A DNA stretch of 61,181 nucleotides from Methanomicrobiales archaeon (GTDB lineage: Archaea; Halobacteriota; Methanomicrobia; Methanomicrobiales; JACTUA01): assembly GCA_030019205.1 (NCBI GenBank), contig JASEFH010000017.1, positions 1 through 61,181 on the forward strand, given 5' to 3'. Positions 9,550 to 19,784 of the stretch are shown here, piece after piece. The notes under the pieces were generated by a model. It saw nothing but the letters and a program-made list of their open reading frames with translations, did no database searches and was not told where the DNA came from. Each line of letters starts with the position of its first letter. The first letter of the stretch is position 1. Both the position numbers and the translations under genes were made by a program.

Positions 9550-10599
9550 TCAGAGGCTCGGGGCGGCCTCGCTCGGGACGACGGTGATCCGCAGCCTCTG
9601 GACGCCGCGGATGACGTCCAGGTGCAGCGGTTTGCCGATGGCGCACTCCGCCAGGTGGCGGTGCAGGTCGTCCACGCTCTGCACGCATTCGCTCTCGATC
9701 CCGACGATCAGGTCGCCCTCCCGGATGCCGCCCCTTCCCGCCGGGCTCTGGCGGTCCACGGCGGCCACCTCGACGGCATGCCGGCTCTCCAGGCGGTGGA
9801 AGCGGGAGAGGCGGGGATCGAGGGGGCGGCTCTGCGCGGTGATCCCCAGGTAGCCCCGCCGCACCCGCCCGTGGGCCAGGACCTGGTCGAGCACGAAGCG
9901 GGCCGTATTCACGGGGATGGCGAACCCGATCCCCTGCGCCATCGCGATGATGGCGGTGTTGATGCCGATGATCCGCCCGCGGGAGTCCACGAGGGGACCC
10001 CCGGAGTTCCCCGGGTTGAGGGGGGCCGTGTGCTGGATGATGTTCTCGATCCGCCGCCCGTCCCGGCTGCGGAGGGCCCGCCCGAGGGCGCTCAGCACGC
10101 CGGTGGAGACGGTGGACTGGAACCCGAAGGGGTTCCCGATGGCGATGGCGAGCTGCCCCACGGACAGGGCGTCCGAGTCTCCCAGGGGTGCATGGGGCAG
10201 ATCGGTCGCCTCGGCCTGCAGGACCGCCAGGTCCGTCGCCGGATCCGTGCCGACGAGCCGCGTCGGGATGGTCGTCCCGTCGGCCATCCGCACCTCGAGC
10301 GCGGTCGCACCGTGGACCACGTGGTCGTTTGTCAGGATCCGTCCGTCGGCCGAGACGATCACGCCCGAGCCGGCGCCGACCTGCTCGGAGCGGTAGCCCG
10401 GCATCCGCTTCCCCACGAGGATGTTCACGACCGCCGGCCCGACGGCGTTCACCACGCCGACGACCGCCTTCGAGTAGGCGTCGAGCAGATCCGCGTCCGC
10501 AGGCGGGGAGGGATCCGCTTCGACAGACGGCTCCGGCAGCGTGCCGGCGGCCGCCGCCCCGCCGATCATCCCGATTGGCTCTGCTGCTGCTGAATCCAT
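9550..10599 (-). CDS. HtrA/DegP-family trypsin-like serine protease with PDZ domain
   Basis: TNDHVV (His), D and GNSGGPL (Ser) form the catalytic triad context, and a C-terminal PDZ is present. Start taken at MDSAAAEP (10599); the ORF extends to 10644. Confidence 0.82.
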   Translation of the reverse strand: MDSAAAEPIGMIGGAAAAGTLPEPSVEADPSPPADADLLDAYSKAVVGVVNAVGPAVVNILVGKRMPGYRSEQVGAGSGVIVSADGRILTNDHVVHGATALEVRMADGTTIPTRLVGTDPATDLAVLQAEATDLPHAPLGDSDALSVGQLAIAIGNPFGFQSTVSTGVLSALGRALRSRDGRRIENIIQHTAPLNPGNSGGPLVDSRGRIIGINTAIIAMAQGIGFAIPVNTARFVLDQVLAHGRVRRGYLGITAQSRPLDPRLSRFHRLESRHAVEVAAVDRQSPAGRGGIREGDLIVGIESECVQSVDDLHRHLAECAIGKPLHLDVIRGVQRLRITVVPSEAAPSL

Positions 10600-10887
10600 G
10601 ATGTGAACAGTATATATGCGCGAGCGGTAATCTATTTTATGCATATATTTTTATATATTAAAATTCGGTTGCCTGCGCGAATCGGAGCATTCTGCCGTCG
10701 GGAACGAGCGAGGATCGCACTGCCGGGAACGCGGCGCACAGAAATACGGGAGATGACATTATCTATTGGGATTTATGACTCATAACTCCTATAATTTACA
10801 AAAAAAATTTCTATATCAGAAAATGTTAAAATAAAAATATTTAAATACTTACATCGATTGATCTTATTAATCCTGTCTGGTTGTTGT
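10600..10887. promoter_or_regulatory. AT-rich divergent intergenic island (bidirectional promoter region; possible small RNA)
   Basis: About 290 bp of markedly AT-rich sequence with several TATA-like elements (tatatatg, ttttatatatt, ctataattt, aaatattta) sits between the divergent htrA-like and HK genes in an otherwise GC-rich window. Confidence 0.5.
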
Positions 10888-12633
10888 ATGCTCGCGCGCC
10901 CGCACTCCGATACGGCCTGGATCGTCCTGATCGTGCTCACATCGCTGGCAACGGTCGGGATCACCGTTGTCAGCCTCTCCCGGGGGGTCTACGACGTCTT
11001 CCCCTACCTCTACCTGATCCCCATCGTCATGGTCACCTTCGCCTTCCCGCACCGCGGCGTCCTCTGCTCGATCCTCCTGGGCGGGGTGTACATGGCGCTC
11101 GTCTACGCCTTCGGGCTCTTCAACCTGGCGCTGCTCACCATCAGCACGGCCTGGTTCTACGTCTTTGTCTCCGTGGGCGTGGTGATGTCCTCTCTCTCCG
11201 AGGGCATGAAGCGCGAGGAGAGGCGGTTCCGCGGGATCTTCGAGAACTCGCAGGCCGGGATCTTCACGATCGATCTCCCCTCCCGGACCATTGCGGAGGC
11301 GAACCGCCAATGCTCCGCTCTCCTGAACTACGAACCCGGCGAACTGGCGGGGAAGGATGTGGCCGTCATCTGGCCGGAGGTGGAGAACGGCCCGTTCCTC
11401 ACCCGGGTCACCAGCCGGTACACCGTGATCGACTCCGAGGTGTGCCTGAAGAACCGGAAGGGGGAGATTCGCTGGGCCCTGATGTCCCTCGCGCCCACCG
11501 CGGATCGCCAGCTCGTCTGCTCCTTCGTGGACATCACGGAGCGGAAGCGGATCGAGCAGGCGCTCCTGGAGTCGGAGATCAAGTACCGCAGCATCGTAGA
11601 ACGCTCGCTTGCAGGCGTCTACCTGATCCAGGACGGCCTCTTCCGCTACGTCAATCCCCGGTTCGCGGAGATCTGCGGTTACCGTCCCGAGGAGATGATC
11701 GACTGTATCGGGCTGCGGGATCTGGTGGTCCCCGAGGACTGGCCGATGGTGGAGGCGACCCTCGAGGGGCGGATTGCGGGCGAGCTCGAGGCCGTCCGCT
11801 ACGAGTGCCGCTGCCGCACCCGGGAGCAGGAGATCATCCTCCTGGAGGTTCACGGCTCCCGGATCTCCTACGAGGGGCGGACCGCCGTCGTGGGCACCGC
11901 GCTGGACATCACGGACCGGCGGCAGGCTTCCGATGCCCTCCGCCGGGCGAACGAGAAGCTGAACCTGCTCGGGTCCGTCACCCGCCACGATCTCCTGAAC
12001 CAGCTGACCGCCGTGCAGGGCTACATCGGGCTCGCCGAGGAGACTGCCCGGGAGGAGACGGTGCGGAAGTACCTCGCCAGCGCCGGGGGGGTGACCGGCA
12101 AGATGGAGACCCTCCTCCAGTTCACCCGGGACTACCAGAACATGGGTCTCCGCGAGCCCGAGTGGCAGATGGTGCGTGACGTGGCGCTCCAGGCCGTTCC
12201 GGCGCTGGACCAGGGCGGGATCCGGGTCGCCATCGCGACGGACGGGCTGGAGGTCTACGCGGACCCCCTCTTCGAGAAGGTCTTCTACAACCTGATGGAC
12301 AACACCCTCCGCCACGGCAAGCGGGCGACCGAGGTGCGGATCTACCACCAGATCTCCGCGGACGGGCTCTTCCTGATCTACGAGGACAACGGGGAGGGCA
12401 TCCTGGACATCGAGAAGGAGCTGATCTTCCGGCGGGGCTACGGCAGGAACACCGGGTTCGGGCTCTTCCTGATCCGCGAGATCCTGGCCCTCACCGGTAT
12501 GACCATCCGCGAGAACGGCGATCACGGGAAGGGAGCCCGGTTCGAGATCTTCGTACCCCGGGGTAACTACCGGTTCGCTCCTGCGGCCCGGCAGAGCGAA
12601 GGTGAGATTGCACCGCTGGAGAGGAAGGCATGA
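10888..12633 (+). CDS. membrane-anchored PAS sensor histidine kinase
   Basis: N-terminal multi-TM region, PAS domains ([12 protein letters not shown]), an H-box (RHDLLNQLTAVQGYIGLAEE) and a HATPase_c (GFGLFLIREI). Its stop overlaps the next start (ATGA). Confidence 0.85.
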   Translation: MLARPHSDTAWIVLIVLTSLATVGITVVSLSRGVYDVFPYLYLIPIVMVTFAFPHRGVLCSILLGGVYMALVYAFGLFNLALLTISTAWFYVFVSVGVVMSSLSEGMKREERRFRGIFENSQAGIFTIDLPSRTIAEANRQCSALLNYEPGELAGKDVAVIWPEVENGPFLTRVTSRYTVIDSEVCLKNRKGEIRWALMSLAPTADRQLVCSFVDITERKRIEQALLESEIKYRSIVERSLAGVYLIQDGLFRYVNPRFAEICGYRPEEMIDCIGLRDLVVPEDWPMVEATLEGRIAGELEAVRYECRCRTREQEIILLEVHGSRISYEGRTAVVGTALDITDRRQASDALRRANEKLNLLGSVTRHDLLNQLTAVQGYIGLAEETAREETVRKYLASAGGVTGKMETLLQFTRDYQNMGLREPEWQMVRDVALQAVPALDQGGIRVAIATDGLEVYADPLFEKVFYNLMDNTLRHGKRATEVRIYHQISADGLFLIYEDNGEGILDIEKELIFRRGYGRNTGFGLFLIREILALTGMTIRENGDHGKGARFEIFVPRGNYRFAPAARQSEGEIAPLERKA

Positions 12634-14798
12634 TCTCGGTTCTCTGCGTCGACGAGGAGAGCGGCCTGCTCGAAGTCGCCCGCATCTACCTGGAGCGGGA
12701 GGGGGACATGCAGGTGGATACCGCGCCATCCGGCATCCATGCCCTCGAGATGCTGAAGACCCGCCGCTACGATGCGATCGTCTCGGACTACCACATGGCC
12801 GGCGTCGACGGGATCGATCTCCTCAAGACCCTCCGCGCCCGGGGGGACAAGACCCCGTTCATCCTCTTCACGGGGAGAGGGAGGGAGGAGGTGGTGATCG
12901 AGGCGCTGAACCACGGGGCGTCCTTCTATCTCCAGAAGGGCGGCAACCCGAAGTTGCAGTTCGCGGAGCTCCGCCACATGATCCTCCAGGCGGTGCAGAG
13001 GCGGCGGATGGAGGTCTCCCTGCAGGTCACCCAGTTCGCCGTCGACCACGCCTCCGACGAGCTCTTCTGGATGGATCGGGATGGGCGGTTCCTGGCGGTG
13101 AACCACGCTGCCTGCCGGGCGCTGGGATACGACCGCGGGGACCTCCTGGGGATGACGATTGCGGACATCGATCCGTCGTATTCCGCCGATGCCTGGTCGG
13201 CCCTCATCCGGGAGCTGGCGGAGAAGGGATCCCTCGTCTTCGAGGGGAGGCACCGCCGAAAGAACGGAACCGTCTACCCCGTGGAGATCACGGCCAACTA
13301 CCTCAACCTCGAGGGGAACGATTACCTGTTCGCGTTCGTCCGGGATATCACGGAGCGGAAGCGGGTCGAGGAGGTTGCACGGGCGTCGCGGCAGCAGCTG
13401 GCCGATATCATCGATTTCCTGCCCGATGCCACCTTCGTGATCGACCGGGACCGCCGGGTGATCGCCTGGAACAAGGCGATCGAACGGATGACCGGTGTCT
13501 CCAAGGCGGAGATCCTGGGGCAGGGGGATTACGCCTACGCGGTGCCGTTCTACGGGTCCAAACGCCCGATCCTGATCGACATGATCGGGCGGGGGGATGC
13601 GGAGGTCGCATCGCAGTACCAGTCCCTCCGGAGAGACGGGGAGACCCTCTTCGCCGAGACCTTCGTGCCCTCGATCTGCGGAGGGCGGGGAGCCTATGTC
13701 TAGGCGAAGGCGTCGCCCCTCTACGACCAGCGCGGCAACCTGGCGGGCGCCATCGAGGCCGTTCGGGACGTCACCGAGCAGAAGAAGGCGGAGGAGGCGC
13801 TCCGGGAGAGCGAGGAGCTCTTCCGCACCCTGGTGGACAGCATGGTGGACGCCACGCTGATCATCGACTGGTCGGGCACCGTGCTCTTCGCCAACCGTGC
13901 GGCGATCCGGCTCGTGGGGCTGACGTCTTCCGAGGAGAGCGTGGGGCGCAGTGTGATGGAGTTTCTGGCGCCGGAGAGCCGCGGAGCGGTCGCCCGCGAT
14001 CTCGCCCTGGTGAGCCAGGGCCGGGGCGGATTCCTGGCGGAATACCGGATTCTGACGGCGGATGGCAGGATCCGCTGGGTGGAGTCCCTCGGGACCCGGA
14101 TCCGGTTCCGGGGATCCACCGCCGACCTCGTCTCTCTCCGGGACATCACCGAGCGGAAGGTGGCGGAGGAGGCGCTCCGCACCAGCGAGGAGAAGTTCCG
14201 GGCGGTCTTCCACAACGCCAACGATGCGATCGTCCTGAACGAGCTCACTCCGGACGGGATGCCGGGGAGGTTCATCGAGGTGAACGATCTCGCCTGCACG
14301 CGGCTCGGATACTCGAGGGAGGAGTTCCTGGAGATGACGCCGGCGGACATCGGTCTTCGGGAGTTCATCGACCGGCACCCTGAACTGCTCCAGGATCTCC
14401 GTTCGGGGAAGGCGATCACGTTCGAGATAACGCTCGTCTCGCGGGGAGGCGTGCAGATTCCGACGGAGATCAGCTCTCACGTCTTCAGCCTGGCCAACCG
14501 CCCGGTGATCCTTTCCATCGCGCGGGACATCACGGAGCAGAAGCTGAACGAGCACGTGGAGAAGAAGGCCTTCGAGCAGATCGAGAAGAACATCAGCCAG
14601 CTGGCGATCCTGGGCGATCACATCCGCAACCCCCTGGCGGTGATCGTCGCCCTGGCGGACATGGACGAGACGGAGCACGGGAAGCAGATCGTGGAGCAGT
14701 GCGCCATCATCGACGACCTGATCACCCGTCTCGACAAGGGCTGGATCGAGTCGGAGAACGTGCGGAACTTCATCCGCAAACACTACAGGTTGAGCTAA
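12630..14798 (+). pseudogene. REC + multi-PAS response-regulator protein interrupted by an in-frame TAG at 13701-13703
   Basis: CheY-like REC (ILFTGRGREEVVIEALNHGASFYLQKG) is followed by PAS domains. The reading frame continues unbroken across the TAG (…ICGGRGAYV*AKASPLYDQRGNLAGAIEAVRDVTEQKKAEEAL…), with two more PAS domains and a C-terminal output domain up to the TAA at 14798. Confidence 0.75.
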
Positions 14799-14804
14799 AA
14801 GCCG

Positions 14805-15488
14805 TCAGTCCGCCCCGTACGGCAGGGGGTCCCGGGCTCCGGCGTCGCGGAAGGCCTCCAGCCGCTCGACGCAGGCTCCGCACCGTCCGCAGGCGAGTTC
14901 CTCCCCGCGGTAGCAGGTCCAGGTGTCGGCGTAGTCCACGCCGAGTTCGAGGCCGATCCGCACGATGTCCCCCTTGGTGAGGTAGAGGTAGGGGGCCTCC
15001 AGGATCAGGTCGCTCCAGTCCGCCAGGTGAAAGGCGGTCTGCATGGCGGTCACGAAGACCGGGCGGCAGTCCGGGTAGATGGGGTGGTCGCCCGCGTGGG
15101 CTCCGTAGAAGAGGCGCCGTGCCCCGATCCCGATCGCGTAGGCTCCCGCCAGGGAGAGGAAGACCATGTTGCGGTTCGGGACGACCGTCTGCCGCATCAC
15201 GTCCTCGGCGTAGTGGCCCGACGGCACCGCCCGCTCCGCCCGCGTCAGGGCCGAGGGGGCGAGTTCGTTCAGGAGAGGGAGGTCGAGCACGCGGTGGGGC
15301 ACGTGCAGCCTCCGGCACGTCCTCTCCGCGCATGCGATCTCGCGGCGGTGCTTCTGGCCGTAGTCGAAGGTGACGGCGTGGACCTCGTAGCCCCGCCGCA
15401 CCAGATCGTAGAGGAGCGTGGTGCTGTCCAGACCCCCGGAGACGATCGCCACCGCGTTCCCGGAACCGTGCGGCGGGAGGCGCGGCAT
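14805..15488 (-). CDS. queC: 7-cyano-7-deazaguanine synthase
   Basis: VAIVSGGLDSTTLLYDL (PP-loop) and a C-terminal zinc motif (CGRCGACVERLEAF). Confidence 0.88.
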   Translation of the reverse strand: MPRLPPHGSGNAVAIVSGGLDSTTLLYDLVRRGYEVHAVTFDYGQKHRREIACAERTCRRLHVPHRVLDLPLLNELAPSALTRAERAVPSGHYAEDVMRQTVVPNRNMVFLSLAGAYAIGIGARRLFYGAHAGDHPIYPDCRPVFVTAMQTAFHLADWSDLILEAPYLYLTKGDIVRIGLELGVDYADTWTCYRGEELACGRCGACVERLEAFRDAGARDPLPYGAD

Positions 15489-15603
15489 GTCTTCACGCTG
15501 CATACTCCGGAAGGTGTTGGCGCGGACGGCACATTATACTTCACCCCCGGTCCCTGCCCGGGCGGCAGAAACGATTATCAGAAGGGCGGAGGGATGGGCA
15601 TCC

Positions 15604-16590
15604 ATGCGCTGCCGGCAGGTGATCGTTCTCCTGGCCGTCCTTGCCGTCCTCGTGTCGCCCGCCCCGGCTCACGTGCCCCTGGAGGCGGGGGACAACGGGA
15701 GCCTGGCGTCTGCGACACGGATCAGCGATCCGACCCGATCCTACGCGATCTACGCTCGACTGCACGAGGGCAGCGAGGCGCAGTACTACGCCCTCGCGAT
15801 GGAGGGCGGCGAGGAGCTCCGCCTCTCGCTGATGGTGCCGCGTGCCGGGGTCGATGCTCCCGATCTCGTGGTCATGGGCCCCGGCATCGAGTCCTCCGGA
15901 AGCGTGCCCTCCTCCGTGGAGGTTCCGCCCGGCTACGGGGCGGTCGTCGTGCGGGGAGTTTCCCCGGAGCAGGCGGAGTACGAACCCTTCACCCCCTCCG
16001 CCATCTACGAGGCGGCCGCCTTCTCGCGGGAGATCGAAGTTCCCGGCACCTACTACGCAGTCGTTCTCAACCCCGGCGGGAGCGGGGAGTACAGCCTTGC
16101 CGTGGGATACCGCGAGGAGTTCACGCCCCTCGAGTGGCTGTCGATCCCGTTCGACCAGATCCGCATTCACCTCTGGGAGGGCCAGCCCCTCTGGCTCATC
16201 CTCTCGCCCCTGATCCTGGTCCTCCTGGGGGGCATCGGGTTCGCCCTGGTGCGGCGGCGGGGAGGTCTCACCCCCTTCTCCCTCCTGGCGGGGCTGGCCG
16301 GGCTGCTCTACATCGGGACGGGCGGTATGACGCTTCTCCAGATGGGGATTGCCCTCTCCCGCACCGGCTTCGCGGGTTCAGCCCTGCTCACTCTCGTCTT
16401 TGCGGCAGTTCCCATCCTGCTGGGTGCTGCCGTCCTCCGCCTCGCCCGGAAGGAGCGGCCCCGTTCCTGCGCCCGGGAGCGGGTGTATCTGGCGGTCGCC
16501 GGGCTCCTGGGACTCCTCTCGTGGGCCGGGCTCGTTATCGGGCCTATCCTGGCCCTTATCGCCGGCGGCCTTCCCCGGCGGTTCTCCTGA
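15604..16590 (+). CDS. secreted/membrane protein of unknown function (signal peptide plus C-terminal multi-TM)
   Basis: Begins MRCRQVIVLLAVLAVLVSPAPAH (signal peptide). The rest is a soluble domain followed by three to four hydrophobic helices. No recognisable family. Confidence 0.5.
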   Translation: MRCRQVIVLLAVLAVLVSPAPAHVPLEAGDNGSLASATRISDPTRSYAIYARLHEGSEAQYYALAMEGGEELRLSLMVPRAGVDAPDLVVMGPGIESSGSVPSSVEVPPGYGAVVVRGVSPEQAEYEPFTPSAIYEAAAFSREIEVPGTYYAVVLNPGGSGEYSLAVGYREEFTPLEWLSIPFDQIRIHLWEGQPLWLILSPLILVLLGGIGFALVRRRGGLTPFSLLAGLAGLLYIGTGGMTLLQMGIALSRTGFAGSALLTLVFAAVPILLGAAVLRLARKERPRSCARERVYLAVAGLLGLLSWAGLVIGPILALIAGGLPRRFS

Positions 16591-16604
16591 CGGCGGATCG
16601 GGGA

Positions 16605-17372
16605 TCACCGCCGCTCGGGAAACGCCACATGAGGCCGCTTCCCGATGAACGAGCGGTCGATGTTCGCGGCCATGCGCAGCGCCGTGAGAATGGGGATGCC
16701 GATCGCCAGGTAGTCGGGCGGGATCGCCCAGTTGGTGGTGGGATCCTGCGGACCCAGGAAGACGGTCTCCTTCGGCGCCTTCTCCGCCATGCCGGCGGGG
16801 TAGGTGACGAGGGTGGCGCACGACGGGCCCCAGGGGACGATCACGGGGGAGAAGAGGTCCTCGCGGTCGAAGTGCGCCAGCGCCGCCAGGTTGCGGATCG
16901 TCTGGGCGTCCCCGAAGCAGCAGAGGGAGCGGATGCCGGGGTGCCGTTCTCCGAGCGCCTCGCAGTGCTGGATCACGGTGTACTTCCCCGGCGGCGTGAT
17001 CGTTCCCACTGCCCGGAAGTTCCTGTCGACCAGTTCGGGGCTCTCCTTGAGGTATTCCGCCGCCCCGCCGCGGATGTCCGCCCTCCCCGTGGAGACGAAG
17101 TAGCGGATGTATTCCGGAGCCTCGCCGTAGCCCATGTGGGTGATCCCGCCGGGACAGCACCCCTCCCGCTCCTCGCCGCCCAGGTAGACGGCGGGGATAT
17201 CGGCGGCGGTCGCCATCCGGTACATCGCCGCCGCGATGCAGCGGTGCACGCGGGAGAGGTGCACGGCCCCTTCGGGCACGTTCCCGGAGCCGTAGATGCA
17301 GAGGGGTTTTGCGGTGAGGCGGAACGCCGACGCCAGGCGCCGCCCCACCTCCTGAATGGTCGTTCTGCTCAT
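16605..17372 (-). CDS. DUF169-family protein
   Basis: Cys-rich conserved core (GSGNVPEGAVHLSRVHRCIAAAMY…CCPGGITHMGYGE) typical of DUF169. Start taken at MSRTTIQE. Confidence 0.6.
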   Translation of the reverse strand: MSRTTIQEVGRRLASAFRLTAKPLCIYGSGNVPEGAVHLSRVHRCIAAAMYRMATAADIPAVYLGGEEREGCCPGGITHMGYGEAPEYIRYFVSTGRADIRGGAAEYLKESPELVDRNFRAVGTITPPGKYTVIQHCEALGERHPGIRSLCCFGDAQTIRNLAALAHFDREDLFSPVIVPWGPSCATLVTYPAGMAEKAPKETVFLGPQDPTTNWAIPPDYLAIGIPILTALRMAANIDRSFIGKRPHVAFPERR

Positions 17373-17689
17373 GCCGGATAACCCTGGACCGCGATGGGGA
17401 AAAATGCTTGCGGATATGCGGGGCGGGGATGAACGTACCTCTCCCCGCCCGTGCACGGTCTCTGTACGACGCGTCTCTGCCGGTGCGGGCACGGTTCCCG
17501 CGGGGCAGTGGCGGAGGGGGTCCGGGCCGCCCTCCGGTGGAGCGGGGGAGGTACAGCCTCTTCCAGCACGTCCGGGCCCGTCGGCAACGGCGATTGCGCC
17601 ATCGTGCGCACCGCCGCACCGGGATCGGCGGGCCGCACGGGATCCAGATATGCGTTTCGGTTATGGAATAGGTGCGGAATACGCACATC

Positions 17690-17824
17690 GGAAAAAAAAT
17701 GTATATTTTTCGTTCTTTATTCCATCAATTAATATTAATGCATTTTTATTAATTTTTGGTAATATTTATAACTCCCCGGGCGAAACACCTGTGCAACGCA
17801 CTACGATACCGGGGAGAGACGAAC
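17690..17824. promoter_or_regulatory. AT-rich promoter region upstream of the GT4 gene
   Basis: ggaaaaaaaatgtatatttttcgttctttattccatcaattaatattaatgcatttttattaatttttggtaatatttata contains multiple TATA-like boxes. Confidence 0.45.
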
Positions 17825-19093
17825 ATGGCGTTCCTGGAAGGCATCACCTGCATCTGCGACAACGGAAAGAGGCTCGAAGACCACCGCCCCATCGTGGGGG
17901 ATGCGGTGATGGCGGAGATCTACCGCAAGGCGGAATCCCTCCGCGGCAGGAGCATCATCCACGTCAACTCCACCTACCAGAGCGGCGGGGTGGCGGAGAT
18001 GATCCTCTCCCTCGTTCCCCTCCTGAACGATGCCGGGATCCGCACCGAGTGGAAGATCCTGACCGGCAGCGGGGACTTCTTCACCGTCACCAAGAGCTTC
18101 CACAACGGGCTGCAGGGCGAGGCGATCCCGCTCACGGATGCGGATAAAAGGCTCTACCTCCGCACGAACGAGGAGTTCTCCCGCCTTCTTCCGATCGACT
18201 GCGACTGCGTGGTGGTCCACGATCCCCAGCCCCTGCCCCTGATCCAGTTCTACGAGAAGAGGCAGCCCTGGATCTGGCGCTGCCATGTGGATCTCTCCCA
18301 TCCCCAGATGCACCTCTGGGAATTTCTGCAGGAGTTTGTCATGAAGTACGACCGGATGGTGGTCTCCCACGAGCAGTACCGCCGCGACAACCTGCCGCTC
18401 CCGCAGCGGATCTGCCATCCGGCCATCGATCCTCTCTCCGACAAGAACCGCGACCTGACCGACGAGGAGGTGGCGGCGATCCTCCGGGAGTTCGATGTGC
18501 CGACGGACAAACCCCTGATCACCCAGATCTCGCGGTTCGACAAGTGGAAGGATCCCGAAGGCGTGGTCGAGGTCTTCTGCCGCGTGCGGGAAGAGGTGGA
18601 CTGCCGCCTGGTGCTCTGCGGCAGCATGGCGCCCGACGACCCGGAAGGATGGACGATCTACCGCGGCGTCGAGGAGAAGGCCCGGGACCTGCTGGAGAGC
18701 GGGGACGTCCTCCTGATCACCGTCGAGAACAACCTGCTCGTGAACGCCCTCCAGCGGGCGTCCGCCGTGATCCTCCAGAAGTCCCTGCGGGAGGGGTTCG
18801 GGCTCACGGTCACCGAGGCGCTCTGGAAGGGCAGGGCGGTCGTCAGCTCCCGCGTGGGCGGCATCCGCCTCCAGATCCAGGACGGCGTGAGCGGGTTCCT
18901 GCTGGAGCCGACGGATACGGAGGGGTTTGCGGCGAGGGTCGTGCAGATCCTCCGGGATCCGGCGCTCGCGGAGCGGCTCGGGCGGAACGGGAAGGAGTAC
19001 GTGCGGGAGCACTTCCTCATCACCCGCAAGCTCCTGGACTACCTGGACATGCTGAACGAGGAGCTCGGGCGGACGCAGGAAGCCTGCACCTGA
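17825..19093 (+). CDS. GT4 glycosyltransferase, trehalose synthase (TreT)-like
   Basis: IIHVNSTYQSGGVAEMILSLVP resembles the TreT N-terminal motif and the body is GT-B fold. Start at MAFLEG. Confidence 0.7.
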   Translation: MAFLEGITCICDNGKRLEDHRPIVGDAVMAEIYRKAESLRGRSIIHVNSTYQSGGVAEMILSLVPLLNDAGIRTEWKILTGSGDFFTVTKSFHNGLQGEAIPLTDADKRLYLRTNEEFSRLLPIDCDCVVVHDPQPLPLIQFYEKRQPWIWRCHVDLSHPQMHLWEFLQEFVMKYDRMVVSHEQYRRDNLPLPQRICHPAIDPLSDKNRDLTDEEVAAILREFDVPTDKPLITQISRFDKWKDPEGVVEVFCRVREEVDCRLVLCGSMAPDDPEGWTIYRGVEEKARDLLESGDVLLITVENNLLVNALQRASAVILQKSLREGFGLTVTEALWKGRAVVSSRVGGIRLQIQDGVSGFLLEPTDTEGFAARVVQILRDPALAERLGRNGKEYVREHFLITRKLLDYLDMLNEELGRTQEACT

Positions 19094-19784
19094 CGCTCTC
19101 GCCAATTTTTTTCCTCCGTATCGCGATCAGACGGCCATTCGACCAACCGTTTATTCTCTCACGCCCGACAGGCGGTGGAAGGATGCGGTGCAGGTTCGTC
19201 CCGCCACACCTGCCTTCCTTCGACGCGCAGCCTCGATTGCCGCAGCGGATCAGGAGAGATCTGGGCGGAGACACGCAGCCGAACGCCCGGGCATAGAGAC
19301 GAGAAGTTCGGCCAGCAGTTCCGCCGCAGGGGCGGGAGCACGGCAGAGAATTCCGCGGCTCCACTGTCTCTGGAGGCTGTCGCGGCAACGGGGTGGGGGC
19401 AGTTGGGGGGGAGCGCCCCCCTCCGGCGCGATAAACCCATGGATGTCCTGCGGAGAGCATGGATTCCCCGCGGAGAGGGCGATTCCGTCCCCGTTCTGGG
19501 TGGCATCCCGTTGTCCGTGCTATCCTGCCCGCTCCTGCCGCACCAGCAGGAGAGGGGCACCGGGGGAGGGAGCAGGAGATCCCCTCCCCGCCGCTGGGCG
19601 TGCTCCGGGCGGGAGGGTGATGGCAGCGCCTGCAGACCGCATCGCCCCCCCTTCCTCCGCATGTTCGCCGCGCACTGCAGCCTCATCCTCCGGGATGCCG
19701 CCAGGAATGCGCTCTCCGTCCCCTACGTTCTCCGGAGGCAGCACGGGAAACCTTCTTTACCCGGCCGCCCTCCAGGGAATATGT

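Noticed and set aside
10603-10785. 60-aa ORF inside the AT-rich island
   Set aside because: No start context, and its composition reflects the AT-rich promoter DNA.
13701-13703. Pyrrolysine (TAG as sense codon) as the explanation for the in-frame amber
   Set aside because: TAG is used as a terminator for the REC gene (26345), the BofA-like gene (31629), the 31939 gene and the PiT gene (40541). No pyl genes are seen in the window. It cannot be fully excluded without the whole genome.
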